NCBI GenBank assembly: GCA_021836035.1
Contig: JAKBJL010000004.1
Span: 131,841 to 195,840, forward strand
DNA: 64,000 bases
Reading direction: 5' to 3'
Source of the DNA: a bacterium
GTDB taxonomy: Bacteria > Patescibacteriota > Microgenomatia > JAMCZE01
Position 1 is the first letter of the stretch. Each line of letters starts with the position of its first letter. Below, one piece after another: positions 30,686 to 41,334 of the stretch. A program made the translations under genes and the position numbers. The notes under the pieces are model-generated. The model saw only the letters and a list, made by a program, of their open reading frames with translations, had not been told where the DNA came from and ran no database searches.

Positions 30686-31337
30686 AACCTTCCAGAAATA
30701 TAAAAGCCCCGCGGAATGCGAGGCCAGTTAATCCAGCTAGATTGCCTTGCGGCAAACTTTCTCACACGGAGATTTGTCGCTGGTAACTTGTTGACTGTAT
30801 GTTACCACAAAAGTCAAGGAAAAACAACCGCAACTTGAGGCAAAAAAGAGTCGGTCTTGGCTATCCGCACACATACCGACTCCTTATACTGGTATATTAC
30901 CAAAAAACCAAGAGTTATCCACGCCAAAAATAGCCTCGCGATTTGCGAGGCCAGTTAAGTAAGTAGCTTATTTCTAAGCTCGTCCGCACGGGCCCTTGTC
31001 CCTACCAACCTAAGGAAGAAAGACAAATTATTGTTGATATGATTTCAACAATTAATTATTAGAAAATTTATTTAAGGTGCGAATACGTTCGATCTCCGGC
31101 ATGCTTCTCCCAAATTGGTAAGGATCGTCCTGGGCCGGCCCAACTATTCTCTAGTCTTTCCCGGGACAACACTCGTCTCTTTTGTGAAAAGATCATGACC
31201 AAAAGTCATTTTCCCCTAACTTAGGTGCGCATGGATAATGGTGCTGAGATTCGATCAAAAATGAGAGGATTTTTACGGGCCAGGCTGCTTAGCCATATTT
31301 ACAATCGGCCTTTCGGGCCAGATATGAATGGCAAGTT

Positions 31338-31550
31338 TTGGCCAAACAATCGGTCGATACCGAAGAATTCTTTTTGAGATACTCGCGTAGGACTTTTGGG
31401 GGGAGAAAATCCCGTTTAGTCAAGTATGTTAGTTTATTTGACAACGAAAGGCCCCACCGGCGTTTTGGTAGGGATGGTAAAACACCTCTCGAGAAGTTCA
31501 AACCCTTAGGGGGTATGAAGCGTTCGCCTAATTGTTATTATACCGGATGA
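31338..31550 (+). pseudogene. C-terminal remnant of a DDE (rve-type) transposase/integrase
   Basis: LVKYVSLFDNERPHRRFGRDGKTPLEKF matches the conserved C-terminal rve block (NxERPH..G..TP). Only about 70 codons remain, with no catalytic core, in a 700-bp non-coding stretch. Confidence 0.4.
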
Positions 31551-31768
31551 TCGCCGAAGTAAAGTAAGAGAAAGAAGGTCGTCACCAAACAAAAGAACAG
31601 TACTTGTTCTCAACGAACAATGGGCGTTGGTCCTTTAAGCATTAACTTCCTGAAAACTTTGGCTTGACTCTAGTTAAAAATCCATTTCTGAATTGCCTTT
31701 TTGGTTAGCGTAGTCGCTTCTCCGGCGAGAAATATTTTGAAAATAACCGTGGGAATAGAATACGACTT

Positions 31769-34700
31769 TTATCTTGGTACCACAGTTAACCAGCCCCCAT
31801 CGGAATGGCCGGAAACATCTGGAAAATACATTTCATAAGCCTGGGCTGGAAGATAATGGTACTTACCTGGAGTTGTAGCCCTAACACGATAAGTTACTTC
31901 ATAAACTCCGGCTGGAAGATAACGGGCAAAGAGAGTTGTTCTATCGTCATGGTATTCTTTATGGTCAAAATATGACGGCTGATAATGTTGTTCATGGTTT
32001 CGGGTTTGTGATTTTGGTGGTGTCTTACTTAAACTGACCACGTTTTTTAAACTTTCGTTAACCGATTCCAGTCCTGCTGGCAAAATATCTTCAACGGTTA
32101 CGTATTGGCGAAGTGCCGGGGCTACAATCGTCAAACGGACCCATGCTTCCGTACCCTCTTTAATTGTATCTGACGGTAGAATATGTCCATTACTATCAAC
32201 AAATTCCCGTACGACAACAATTCCCTGATCTAAAGATTTAATTTGTGCAAACGGTAGGAAATATCTTAAATTAAAATTGTAATAAAGATTGCCCGTCCCG
32301 CTTTTTGACAGACGGAAACTGTTATCCTTTCCAAGCTTTAGATTTGAAACAGGAGCAATGTACTTTTCTAAGTTAAGAAGGTCAGAAGGTTGGAATTGGC
32401 CCGATTTCAAATTTTGCCCATTAACCTCAAGTTTATATTTTTCCTGGAGGTTTTTATTTTGCTGGGAAAGCAACTGCATCGAAATAGCTTTTACCACTGA
32501 CGCTGTTTCTTGGGTTGATCCCCAATAATTGTCTGTGCGGCTAGCCATTAAATATCTGACAACTTCGGGAATGTAAGGACTGTGGGGATCAAATGCCAGA
32601 AGCATTTCTAGACCGGCGGCGGTAGCCGATTTGGCATCACTAAACCAGTAGAAATAATTTTTATTTGAATCTTCCCAATGGGTTGAAGTAGCGGTTTTCT
32701 TAGCCAGACTGATCATTTCTCCGTAAACCCGATTTGCTTGTCCTGACATACCTGATTTGTGAAGTACCAAAGCTAAATAAGCTCTGGACTGCATTGTCAG
32801 TTCAAAACGATGGTCATAAAGAGTGGCCGCAAAGGGGGCCGTAATATCGCGACGGGAATCCTTAAGAGCGTATAAAATATAAGCTTGAGAATCGCGGTCC
32901 AGAGTTTTTCCGCGTGATAGACTCTGCCACAAGTAACTTTCGGCCTGATTAAAAGTATTATCCGAGACGATTAATCCGTCTTTCTTTGCTTCGTAAAGAG
33001 ACTGATAGGCATAGGCTGTCATGACAGGATCCGAATCTCCTTCTAACCACCAGCTCCATCCGCCATCGGAATGTTGAGTATTATTTAATCTTTGCAGACC
33101 ATCATTGATAAGAAATTTCAATTGCGCCATAGTTACCACACCCAAACTGTCAATTTTAGCCTGTTTGAAAACCCGACGGGCGTAGATGGCGGGCAATAGC
33201 TTACTGGTAGTTTGTTCTGTACAGTAATATGGATATTCATATAAATAGGAAAGTGCCTCTATACTTCCGGAACCCAACGAGGGAGAAATAGTCACTTCCG
33301 CCTGGCCGCGGGTGGGATCGATGTCTTTTGGAAGATTTACGTTTTCCTGGGCAGTATCCGCAACTTGTCCCGCCGTGGCCACCACTTCCGGAATGGAATA
33401 CGACTTTACCGGTAGGGTTTGTAGTAAGCTGTCCCGTGGACTTCCGTCTTTATCGTTTACCGAAATATAAACCTGGGCAGAATTGGTACTGCTAACCATG
33501 GTTGTCCATAAGAGCTTAACCTGATCTCCATCAGCTATAGTGGCAACACGGGGTTGGTTATCATTAACGGTAAATCCTTTTCCGGACATACTGACACTTA
33601 CATCAGCAGTTGCCCCGCTAGTATTAACAATGATTGCTCCCATTTGAGCTTGGTCACCAACAGATAGGAAGCGTGGCAAAACGGGACGAATAAGAACGTC
33701 TCGGTTAACCAGAAATTCTGTTATGGCAGAACCGAAAGCCGAATCAGACGTATCGGCTATGACGGCTAACCTCCAAGTGGTTAGATTATCGGGTAATTTA
33801 ACAGTTATGTCTGCTTGTCCGTTGGCCCCGGTAATTAAGGAGGGATTCCAATAAGCTGTTTCCGGAAAGTTTTGACGAGCAGTATCTGGTCCGCCGCCTT
33901 TCTGATTATGAACATAAATTCCATCAGCAAAATAGGTATGATATTTATCGACCTCAAGATTGTAAACCGCGATATCTTTTCCGAAAACCTGTTCTAGTGA
34001 GAAAACTCTTATGGGGAGATTATTTTTATCCAAAAGGTAATCACCGATTTTAATTTTACCCGCGACTTTCCAACCGTTGTTCACATATATTAGATGAACT
34101 GGCGTTACTTGAATTGTTCCGTTAATAATGATGTAATGGTCGACGGAATGCTTGTAAGTGGCAGTCACTTTGCCTGGTTCCAATGTTACAGACGCCGGAT
34201 AACTTTTTGTTAAAACAGTGTCCCCGGGTTGAATATCTGCAATCCTTTTGGTCATACCACCCTGAAGTAGAATCTGAGTGTCGGCTGTAAAACATCCTCC
34301 GCTTCCGCCTTTAGCTCCGAGGTTGGTGTTTTTATTTATCCGATCCATAGAAATAGTAAGAAGCTGCGAAGTGTCAACTTCAAGGTTCCGCGGTTGGTAA
34401 AAATACTGATAAATATCAGGCAGCTGAATACGAGACAAATCCCAAACCGCTTTATCTACTAATCCCACAGCTAATTCGGAACTAACCGGATGACCCAAAA
34501 GGTCTTTGGTGGTAATAGTTGCGTGCATGGTATCTCCCGGCTTGTAGCGTTTCTTATCTGTTTGAATGTCTACTGCAACCTGTTGCTTCTTGTCAGTCAC
34601 CTTGACTTCTACATAACCAATTTTCATTTCCGGTGGGGCTTTAACCAGATTACCGCCTTTAACTAAGACCGCGCCGATGTAAACATTTGGCGAGTAGCCA

Positions 34701-37700
34701 GGATTAATAGTCAGAGGAAAATTATTTGTCTGATCGTTAGTATCAACGATTTGGTATCCGATGACTTTCGCCCGTTCAACTGTTAAGAGTGTTTTTGCTG
34801 ATCCCGAAGCAAATGGAGAATTAACAAAAATCGACGCAGTATCACCAACCGCATATTGTCGTTTATCTGGAACGACTAAAATTCGGTCATTATTATTTCT
34901 GTCAGTCACAAAACCATACCCGGATACCCAAAGATAGCTGCTAGTTCGGTTTGTATTTCCCGAAGAATCAGTCGCCTTTGCCAAAACTCTATAAGTTCCT
35001 CCCTCGCTTGGAGTAAAAGAGGCTGCCGAGTAGCCCAGATTATCCGTTGTTACGGAAGTTGAAGAAACTAATGTATCATGAGGGTTACTAACATAAATAT
35101 ACTGACCGCTGCTGGGGTCTTGTTGACGAACCGTATCCCACGTCCGCTTATAAAATTCAATAGAAACCGGGGTATTAGGCGCTTCGTTACCGTTTGGTAA
35201 TACCGTTACTACCCCAACTTTCGATTCCTGGCCGGACTTGCTGCCATAACTTTCCGGGTGAAGTCCGACATAGATTCCGCCCTGATGAATAATGTATTCC
35301 CCTGACGAACCAACCGCTTGGTTACTCTGGTCAGAAACGGACGCAGCGACAATTAAACGCTGGCTGGTTTTATATTTACCCATGTTGAAGGGAAGCTGTA
35401 AATTAAGGTTTCCATCATTGTCGGTAACTCCTTTGCCACTTCCAACCAGCGTTTCCGAACCGTTATTTTGCCCATAACCCGACCATCGAGCCCAATAACC
35501 TTCGGGGTCGCCAAACTCATACCGCCAATCCTTGTCCCATTTAAAGAAATAATCTTGAGTTTGGACTGACCATTGAACTGGGGCATTCGTTACTGGTGCT
35601 CCAAAATAATAAGAAGAATTTATGGAGATTTGCGGCACCTCATTTGGTAAGTAGTAGCTTTTATTGGTTTTTATTGTCAAAAGCATGTCTGGGCGACGGT
35701 ATTCCTCCACCTGAAATTGCTGGGTAATACCGTTATTGGAATACGTTGCCTGAAGTTGATAATCTCCGAGAGTGGCATCGGCACTAAGGACAAACGAATC
35801 GGCAAAAGAACCATAGGAATTGATTGGCAAAGATTGGGTATAAAGTGGACGGTTCCGGGCGTCATTAATTGTTACTGAAACCTTTTCTCCCGGGGCAAGA
35901 TTCGCATAAGCGGCATCGTTATCTTTTTTAATTAATCCTTTGAAATAGACTTTTTGCCCCGGGCGGTAGATCGGTCGGTCCAAAGTCAGGAATAGCTTAT
36001 ATCGGTTGGTACTATCCTGATAATCTTTTTGCTCAGAGGGGTTGTAATAACTAGGTAGTCCAAAATCGTAACGGTTTATTCCCTGACGCCAATTACTGGA
36101 GGCAACCACTAAATCGTTGTCTTTTTGGGCAAATAGGAGCAGATTATCTTTCTGATTAAGGTTTACGTCCTGTTGCCAAACACCATCCTGGTTTGACTGA
36201 CCTTTAGCTAGTGAATTGCCGTAACTATCAGTCAATTCCATATTCATCCCTGACAGAACCGTTCCTGAACTTTGATCAACCGCCCAAGAGAAGATCTGCT
36301 GACTGCTTTTTTTAACTGTCAAAGTAGCGTTCGAAACAATCATTACTAAATTATCGTGTTGCCCCGTTGATAATTTAGCTTCCAGAAAATAAAAACCCGA
36401 CTGCAAATTTCCGCCGTTCTGATCGGTTACTTTTGTCACTACTGTTATGGGAACATTAGGATTTATGTCGAAGGTCTCGTTCCAGCTACGAACTTTTTGG
36501 AGAGCCGCGGGGTTATAATTTTGCCAGTTTCTACATTGATGATAGTCTGACCCACAGACGTTTTCATAGCGCTTTCGGTAGAGATCCAATAAATCGTTCC
36601 TGCTAAGCTTGTAAAGGTTGTAATCAATCCGGGAAGTATTAGTAACCTGGGCAACGATGCGGGGGGTAATTTGTTGGTTAAAAGTGGCAAAGAAAACGCC
36701 GAATGGCATGATTGAAACATTGGGCTGGTAAGGAGCAGTGTTGAAATTAAAAGTGTAGGCTTTTCCCAACGGAACTCCGTATTGATCTTTAACATCGGGT
36801 CCGATTGTGATCGTGTAATTGGTTGATCTTTGAAGATAGGTCCCAATTGTTAAAGTATTAACACCCTGATAATTATTAAAAACTAGCTCCGGTTTGGCAT
36901 CGGGTTCCGGACTAATAAATACGTTGCCAATGAAAGATTCCTGATCCATAGGGGTTTTGAAAATAACCTCGATCGAGTTTCGCGCCTGAATATCTTTTCC
37001 TTCGTTCTCCGGCGAGGACTTAAGCACCTTGGGCAGGTCAGCTACGGTAAAATTCCATGAGTAGTCGCTTTCCAAACCATTAGGGCCGTCGGTGCTTTGT
37101 AATCCGGAAGAAACTACAGCCCGGTAATTCTTTTCCCGATTCAATGGCGTTGATGCGTAGAACCCCAATGTTTTACCAGAAACAACCACTTTTCCGGGAA
37201 CAGAGGTGTTGGTTGAATCAAGTAGCTTGAAATATTTTGCCGCCGATGCTGGGTCGACTGGTTGGTTAAATGTAGCTGATACCGACGCAACAGGCGAGGC
37301 AAAAGAGTAACCCGAACGGGGCGTCACTGCCTCGACGTGTGGTCTTGGGCTGGAAAATTGCCAGGAAATGTTGGAATTTAAAGAACCACCGTCTTGTGAT
37401 TTCAAACCGGAATCTACCACTACGGTATAAGTTGTCGCTTTCTTAAAAGGAACTGACGGGGTAAATTGATAAGCGGTAGTGCCTAACCAACGGCCTTCCC
37501 CAACAACTGAGGGTGAAATTGTGAATGCCGGTTTTTTAAGTACACTTTTAGTAGTTGCGGTTAACGGAATCATTGGCCGATCGAAAACTACAATTACCGG
37601 GGAAAAACCCTCAACCGCTTCGTTTTGTGGGGAATAAACAGCTACTTTCGGGTCACCAACGGTGGTAAAACTAATCGTGTGGCTTCCCCAAAGGGGGGAG

Positions 37701-38320
37701 AAAAAACTCGAAAGAGTTAAACCGCCAAGTTCTGCGGTGTATTTCTGTCCCCGTATCAGCTGTGTCTTAGGAGTAAAAATCAACTTTTGGTTGCTTTCCC
37801 AGTCGAAAGTTCCCTCGACCGCAGGCGAAAGACGGAAATTTTTCTCAACCAGTGATTTGTTCATTCCTCGGTCAAAGATAATTTCAATTTTGGAATCCAG
37901 TGGGTTTTCAGTGGAGGCGTTACCCGGAAAAGAGAACGAAACTCTAGGGGGTAGGAATAACGGACCTATCTGCCACAGAAGAAACAACACGATAAATATT
38001 AGGCCCGGTTTCTTTATTATTCTCAGTTGCTCCTGCCGAGAGGAAGTTCGGAAACGTTGCAGCCATTCCTTAACATAAGTTATTACCCGATTGGGGTATG
38101 GTAATAACCTGGCGAACAGTTGGCGGATTTTTTCTTTATGGTAATCCCCTAATCTTTTGTAAATAATAAAAATAATTGCTGCTAGGGCCAAAAGCAGTTG
38201 GATAATTTGGCTTTTAATGGTCGTGAAGGGAATAATTATGAAGTAAATGCATAAAAAAAATGCAATAATAAAAAGTAAAAATATGCCGATTACTTTTCCA
38301 AATTTTCTGATAAAGCCCAT
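31769..38320 (-). CDS. bacterial alpha-2-macroglobulin-like giant protein (thioester CTEQ) carrying an inserted Hint/mini-intein-like domain
   Basis: 2183 aa with N-terminal TM helices. It has the thioester motif YPYYCTEQTTS and is adjacent to a PBP1C-type gene, the conserved A2M-PbpC pairing. A Hint domain is embedded at about aa 1343-1472. Confidence 0.7.
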   Translation of the reverse strand: MGFIRKFGKVIGIFLLFIIAFFLCIYFIIIPFTTIKSQIIQLLLALAAIIFIIYKRLGDYHKEKIRQLFARLLPYPNRVITYVKEWLQRFRTSSRQEQLRIIKKPGLIFIVLFLLWQIGPLFLPPRVSFSFPGNASTENPLDSKIEIIFDRGMNKSLVEKNFRLSPAVEGTFDWESNQKLIFTPKTQLIRGQKYTAELGGLTLSSFFSPLWGSHTISFTTVGDPKVAVYSPQNEAVEGFSPVIVVFDRPMIPLTATTKSVLKKPAFTISPSVVGEGRWLGTTAYQFTPSVPFKKATTYTVVVDSGLKSQDGGSLNSNISWQFSSPRPHVEAVTPRSGYSFASPVASVSATFNQPVDPASAAKYFKLLDSTNTSVPGKVVVSGKTLGFYASTPLNREKNYRAVVSSGLQSTDGPNGLESDYSWNFTVADLPKVLKSSPENEGKDIQARNSIEVIFKTPMDQESFIGNVFISPEPDAKPELVFNNYQGVNTLTIGTYLQRSTNYTITIGPDVKDQYGVPLGKAYTFNFNTAPYQPNVSIMPFGVFFATFNQQITPRIVAQVTNTSRIDYNLYKLSRNDLLDLYRKRYENVCGSDYHQCRNWQNYNPAALQKVRSWNETFDINPNVPITVVTKVTDQNGGNLQSGFYFLEAKLSTGQHDNLVMIVSNATLTVKKSSQQIFSWAVDQSSGTVLSGMNMELTDSYGNSLAKGQSNQDGVWQQDVNLNQKDNLLLFAQKDNDLVVASSNWRQGINRYDFGLPSYYNPSEQKDYQDSTNRYKLFLTLDRPIYRPGQKVYFKGLIKKDNDAAYANLAPGEKVSVTINDARNRPLYTQSLPINSYGSFADSFVLSADATLGDYQLQATYSNNGITQQFQVEEYRRPDMLLTIKTNKSYYLPNEVPQISINSSYYFGAPVTNAPVQWSVQTQDYFFKWDKDWRYEFGDPEGYWARWSGYGQNNGSETLVGSGKGVTDNDGNLNLQLPFNMGKYKTSQRLIVAASVSDQSNQAVGSSGEYIIHQGGIYVGLHPESYGSKSGQESKVGVVTVLPNGNEAPNTPVSIEFYKRTWDTVRQQDPSSGQYIYVSNPHDTLVSSTSVTTDNLGYSAASFTPSEGGTYRVLAKATDSSGNTNRTSSYLWVSGYGFVTDRNNNDRILVVPDKRQYAVGDTASIFVNSPFASGSAKTLLTVERAKVIGYQIVDTNDQTNNFPLTINPGYSPNVYIGAVLVKGGNLVKAPPEMKIGYVEVKVTDKKQQVAVDIQTDKKRYKPGDTMHATITTKDLLGHPVSSELAVGLVDKAVWDLSRIQLPDIYQYFYQPRNLEVDTSQLLTISMDRINKNTNLGAKGGSGGCFTADTQILLQGGMTKRIADIQPGDTVLTKSYPASVTLEPGKVTATYKHSVDHYIIINGTIQVTPVHLIYVNNGWKVAGKIKIGDYLLDKNNLPIRVFSLEQVFGKDIAVYNLEVDKYHTYFADGIYVHNQKGGGPDTARQNFPETAYWNPSLITGANGQADITVKLPDNLTTWRLAVIADTSDSAFGSAITEFLVNRDVLIRPVLPRFLSVGDQAQMGAIIVNTSGATADVSVSMSGKGFTVNDNQPRVATIADGDQVKLLWTTMVSSTNSAQVYISVNDKDGSPRDSLLQTLPVKSYSIPEVVATAGQVADTAQENVNLPKDIDPTRGQAEVTISPSLGSGSIEALSYLYEYPYYCTEQTTSKLLPAIYARRVFKQAKIDSLGVVTMAQLKFLINDGLQRLNNTQHSDGGWSWWLEGDSDPVMTAYAYQSLYEAKKDGLIVSDNTFNQAESYLWQSLSRGKTLDRDSQAYILYALKDSRRDITAPFAATLYDHRFELTMQSRAYLALVLHKSGMSGQANRVYGEMISLAKKTATSTHWEDSNKNYFYWFSDAKSATAAGLEMLLAFDPHSPYIPEVVRYLMASRTDNYWGSTQETASVVKAISMQLLSQQNKNLQEKYKLEVNGQNLKSGQFQPSDLLNLEKYIAPVSNLKLGKDNSFRLSKSGTGNLYYNFNLRYFLPFAQIKSLDQGIVVVREFVDSNGHILPSDTIKEGTEAWVRLTIVAPALRQYVTVEDILPAGLESVNESLKNVVSLSKTPPKSQTRNHEQHYQPSYFDHKEYHDDRTTLFARYLPAGVYEVTYRVRATTPGKYHYLPAQAYEMYFPDVSGHSDGGWLTVVPR
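33905..34294 (-). other. Hint / mini-intein-like domain (130 aa) inside the A2M-like ORF
   Basis: Block A CFTADTQILLQGGMTKRIADIQPGDTVLT, block B TPVH, and blocks F/G VYNLEVDKYHTYFADGIYVHN. The terminal HN is followed by Gln, not Cys/Ser/Thr. Flanking extein reads GAKGGSGG | ... | QKGGGPD. Confidence 0.65.
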
Positions 38321-38376
38321 ACTTTACTCTTAATATTATTAAAGTAAAAAGGTTGGGTATTTACAATGAGGAACAA

Positions 38377-40809
38377 TTACGGATAGTCGACAACAGACAT
38401 GTTAACCGCATCAGCGTCGATTGTCTTTCCAGAAGCTGATTTGCCCTCCGCTTTCACGACATGCTTTCCTGTAATCAAAGACCAAGAAACGGTGAACGGC
38501 TGGCTCGTTGTTGTTTGGTAAAACACACCATCAACATACCAGTCAACCTTTATAATATCGGCAGACGCATTGACCTTTAAGTCTAACGACTGGTTTTTGA
38601 CGAGTGTCGGAGCTGATTGATAAACCGCCTTGGATTCTGGTGATGTAACCGCCAAATAAGAGTTTTGCGATTGAGGGGTGCTTACTTGTCCGCACAGCGG
38701 CGAATAATCTTTAGGAATCGCAACTAAGTTGTTTTCCACGGCCCATTGGTAAACCTGGGGAGGATAATCCAGAAAGGTTTTTTCCATAACAGCCGACGGC
38801 GGACAACTATCTGTCGCCAATAAATCATTGCGGAGGTCCACTTTAACTGTCTTATAAATGTGGGAAATATTTTTAGGCTCTGTGCCTTCAATAAATAGCT
38901 CAGTTAGTCGATCGGTGCATAAATTATTCGGTAAAAGGCCATCCGCTTTGCAAATTTCAACTTCCTTCAGGCCCGGGGGACGGACAAAATTCTCAACCGT
39001 CTTTCCCTTGGCAAACTCTTCAAAAAATTGGTGCCAGATCGGTGCTGCCCCGGTAATTCCCGTTAATTGGGTCATTGGGTTGTTATCATTGTTTCCGACC
39101 CAAACACCGACAGAATATGAGGGAGTATATCCGACAGTCCAATTATCATGCCAATCGGTAGTCGTCCCGGTTTTAACTGCGGCCGGAAAAGATAACACCA
39201 GGGGATTTTTTTCGCCAAAACCTAAAATTCTGGCGTGGGGATCGGAAAGAATATTGGTAATCAGATAAGCTATTTGTTGGCTTTTTGCACCGAGCGCCGG
39301 CTTGGAATTAGGGATCTGGTGTTGATACAAAACCTTCCCGCCGTCATAGGTTATTTTTTCGATCGCGTATGGAGGCAAATAATTACCCCCACGAGAAAAG
39401 TCTGAGTAAACATTAGTTAAGTCTAACAGTGTTACTTCTCCGCCACCTAAGGTTAGCGCCAAGTCATATTTGGGATCTGGTGCTAAGGTAGTGATACCCA
39501 GGCTCGAAGCTGTATTAAGAAAACTTCCTATTCCGATTCGGTGAAACATTTCCACGGCGGGAAGGTTAAGTGATGAAGCTAAAGCTTCCCGGGCCAATAC
39601 TAATCCATGAAATTGGTTATCATAATTATTCGGGGCAAATCCTTCACCCTTATTAGTTTTGTAAACCGTACGCACGTCATAGATCAAGGTCGCTGGAGTA
39701 TATCCCTGCATAAAGGCGGTGGCATAAGTAATTGGTTTCAGGGCTGACCCTGGCTGGCGCGGGCTAGTAGTCAAATTGACTTGCCCGGCGTGCGTTGCGT
39801 CAAAATAATCTATCCCGCCCAACATTACTCTTATCGCACCCGTTTGATTTTCCAGCATAATAAGTGCCGCGTTGGACAGATTGTGATCGTCGCGTAGCTT
39901 GTTAACCCAATTACTGGCTATATCTTGGGCTAAAGAATAGTCTGGATAATCCAGGGTTGTGTAAACATTAATCCCCTGTTTTTGCTCCTTTATCCCGGTT
40001 TGTTCGATTTCTTGGCGAACATAATCTATAAAATGCGGGGCCTTAATCCGGTAACCGTCTCTGGACAGGATTATCGGTACGGATTTAGCAAGCGCTGCTT
40101 GATCGATGGTTATAAATTTATTCTTCACCATTAAATCCAATACCGTGGTCTGCCGTTGTTTTGCCTGTTCGAAATTCACATAAGGATTATTCCTGTCCGG
40201 GGAGGAAATCAGTCCGATCAAGAAAGCACTTTCGGCTAAAGAAAGATTATTAACGCTCTTATCAAAGTATGACAACGAGGCCGCTTGTATACCGTATGCC
40301 AAATTTCCAAAATACATTTGATTAAGATACGTTGTTAAGATAGATTTTTTAGAGTATAACGCCGTTAGCCTTAGGGCGATTATCATTTCCCGGATTTTAC
40401 GGACCACGCTTCTGGAGCTGGAAGACCGATCGGATATCACTAGCGCGCGTGCTAACTGCTGTGTAATTGTACTTGCCCCGCTGACGATCTTTTTTGCCTT
40501 AATATCTAAAAGCGCCGATCTTGCCATGGCCGGGATATCAATCCCCGAATTGGTCCAAAACGTGTTATCTTCAGAGGCAATTACGGCATTTTTTAAAGTG
40601 TCGGGGAGGTTATCATAGCTCACGGGGATTTTTCTCCCAATTCCCCCCGCTGATTCATAAAGTAAAATCCCGTTCCGGTCCCAAATTTTAACCGTTCCCG
40701 GGCTTTTTAGCTCCGGGTTAGTCCACCAGAAGGCAAGAACAAACAATCCGGCGAAGATAACTATCAGGACCTTAAAGCGAAGGCCGAAACTCTTCGGGTA
40801 AATCTTCAT
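38377..40809 (-). CDS. pbpC: bifunctional penicillin-binding protein, PBP1C-like (GT51 transglycosylase + transpeptidase)
   Basis: GT51 motifs (ASEDNTFWTNSGID, RKIREMIIALRL), transpeptidase SALKP (SxxK) and KTGTT, and an N-terminal TM anchor. Confidence 0.75.
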   Translation of the reverse strand: MKIYPKSFGLRFKVLIVIFAGLFVLAFWWTNPELKSPGTVKIWDRNGILLYESAGGIGRKIPVSYDNLPDTLKNAVIASEDNTFWTNSGIDIPAMARSALLDIKAKKIVSGASTITQQLARALVISDRSSSSRSVVRKIREMIIALRLTALYSKKSILTTYLNQMYFGNLAYGIQAASLSYFDKSVNNLSLAESAFLIGLISSPDRNNPYVNFEQAKQRQTTVLDLMVKNKFITIDQAALAKSVPIILSRDGYRIKAPHFIDYVRQEIEQTGIKEQKQGINVYTTLDYPDYSLAQDIASNWVNKLRDDHNLSNAALIMLENQTGAIRVMLGGIDYFDATHAGQVNLTTSPRQPGSALKPITYATAFMQGYTPATLIYDVRTVYKTNKGEGFAPNNYDNQFHGLVLAREALASSLNLPAVEMFHRIGIGSFLNTASSLGITTLAPDPKYDLALTLGGGEVTLLDLTNVYSDFSRGGNYLPPYAIEKITYDGGKVLYQHQIPNSKPALGAKSQQIAYLITNILSDPHARILGFGEKNPLVLSFPAAVKTGTTTDWHDNWTVGYTPSYSVGVWVGNNDNNPMTQLTGITGAAPIWHQFFEEFAKGKTVENFVRPPGLKEVEICKADGLLPNNLCTDRLTELFIEGTEPKNISHIYKTVKVDLRNDLLATDSCPPSAVMEKTFLDYPPQVYQWAVENNLVAIPKDYSPLCGQVSTPQSQNSYLAVTSPESKAVYQSAPTLVKNQSLDLKVNASADIIKVDWYVDGVFYQTTTSQPFTVSWSLITGKHVVKAEGKSASGKTIDADAVNMSVVDYP

Positions 40810-41334
40810 CAGTTAAATTTTATCAAAGAGTTCCTAAGCGAAATATCCGGAGAATTTCTCTCCTTTTTGTTTTATTTCTAAACGAGGCTAAAAACTGGAC
40901 AGCGAGGCAAAATTAAAGTGGCAAAAATAACGGATAATCTGCTGTTCTTTTGCTTGATCGTTTAGTCAGGATACTACTCACAACCCATTTATACTTTAAA
41001 TTCCAAATATAACCTCCACTTACGTAGACAAATTATCGAATGATTTTTCAGTTAACCCCTATTATCGTCTCGTTTTGTTTTTTAGGGGTTTCTAAAGCTA
41101 CTTCGGTTAAAATCGCTTCTGGGGGAACAATTATTTTATCTTCATAAAAAAGCGCCAAATCGTCCGTAGTCATATCTTATAACTTTTAATTCAGTCTCCA
41201 TACTAACCGTATCCGGTTTTCCGTCAAGCGGAAATGAAAAACCCTTTCTCCTTTACAATAAGCGCTTCTTTGCTATATTAGGGGGTAGAAAATCATTAAC
41301 AATTTATCTTGCCCCGGAAAGCCTGCCCGTTAAA

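Noticed and set aside
33905-34294. Canonical splicing intein
   Set aside because: Blocks A, B, F and G are clear but the +1 residue is Gln, not Cys/Ser/Thr. It is kept as a Hint/BIL-like domain rather than called a functional intein.
41060-41176. 38-aa minus-strand mini-ORF at the left edge of the island
   Set aside because: It is too short and without motif to support. It is noted only because it sits at the compositional boundary.
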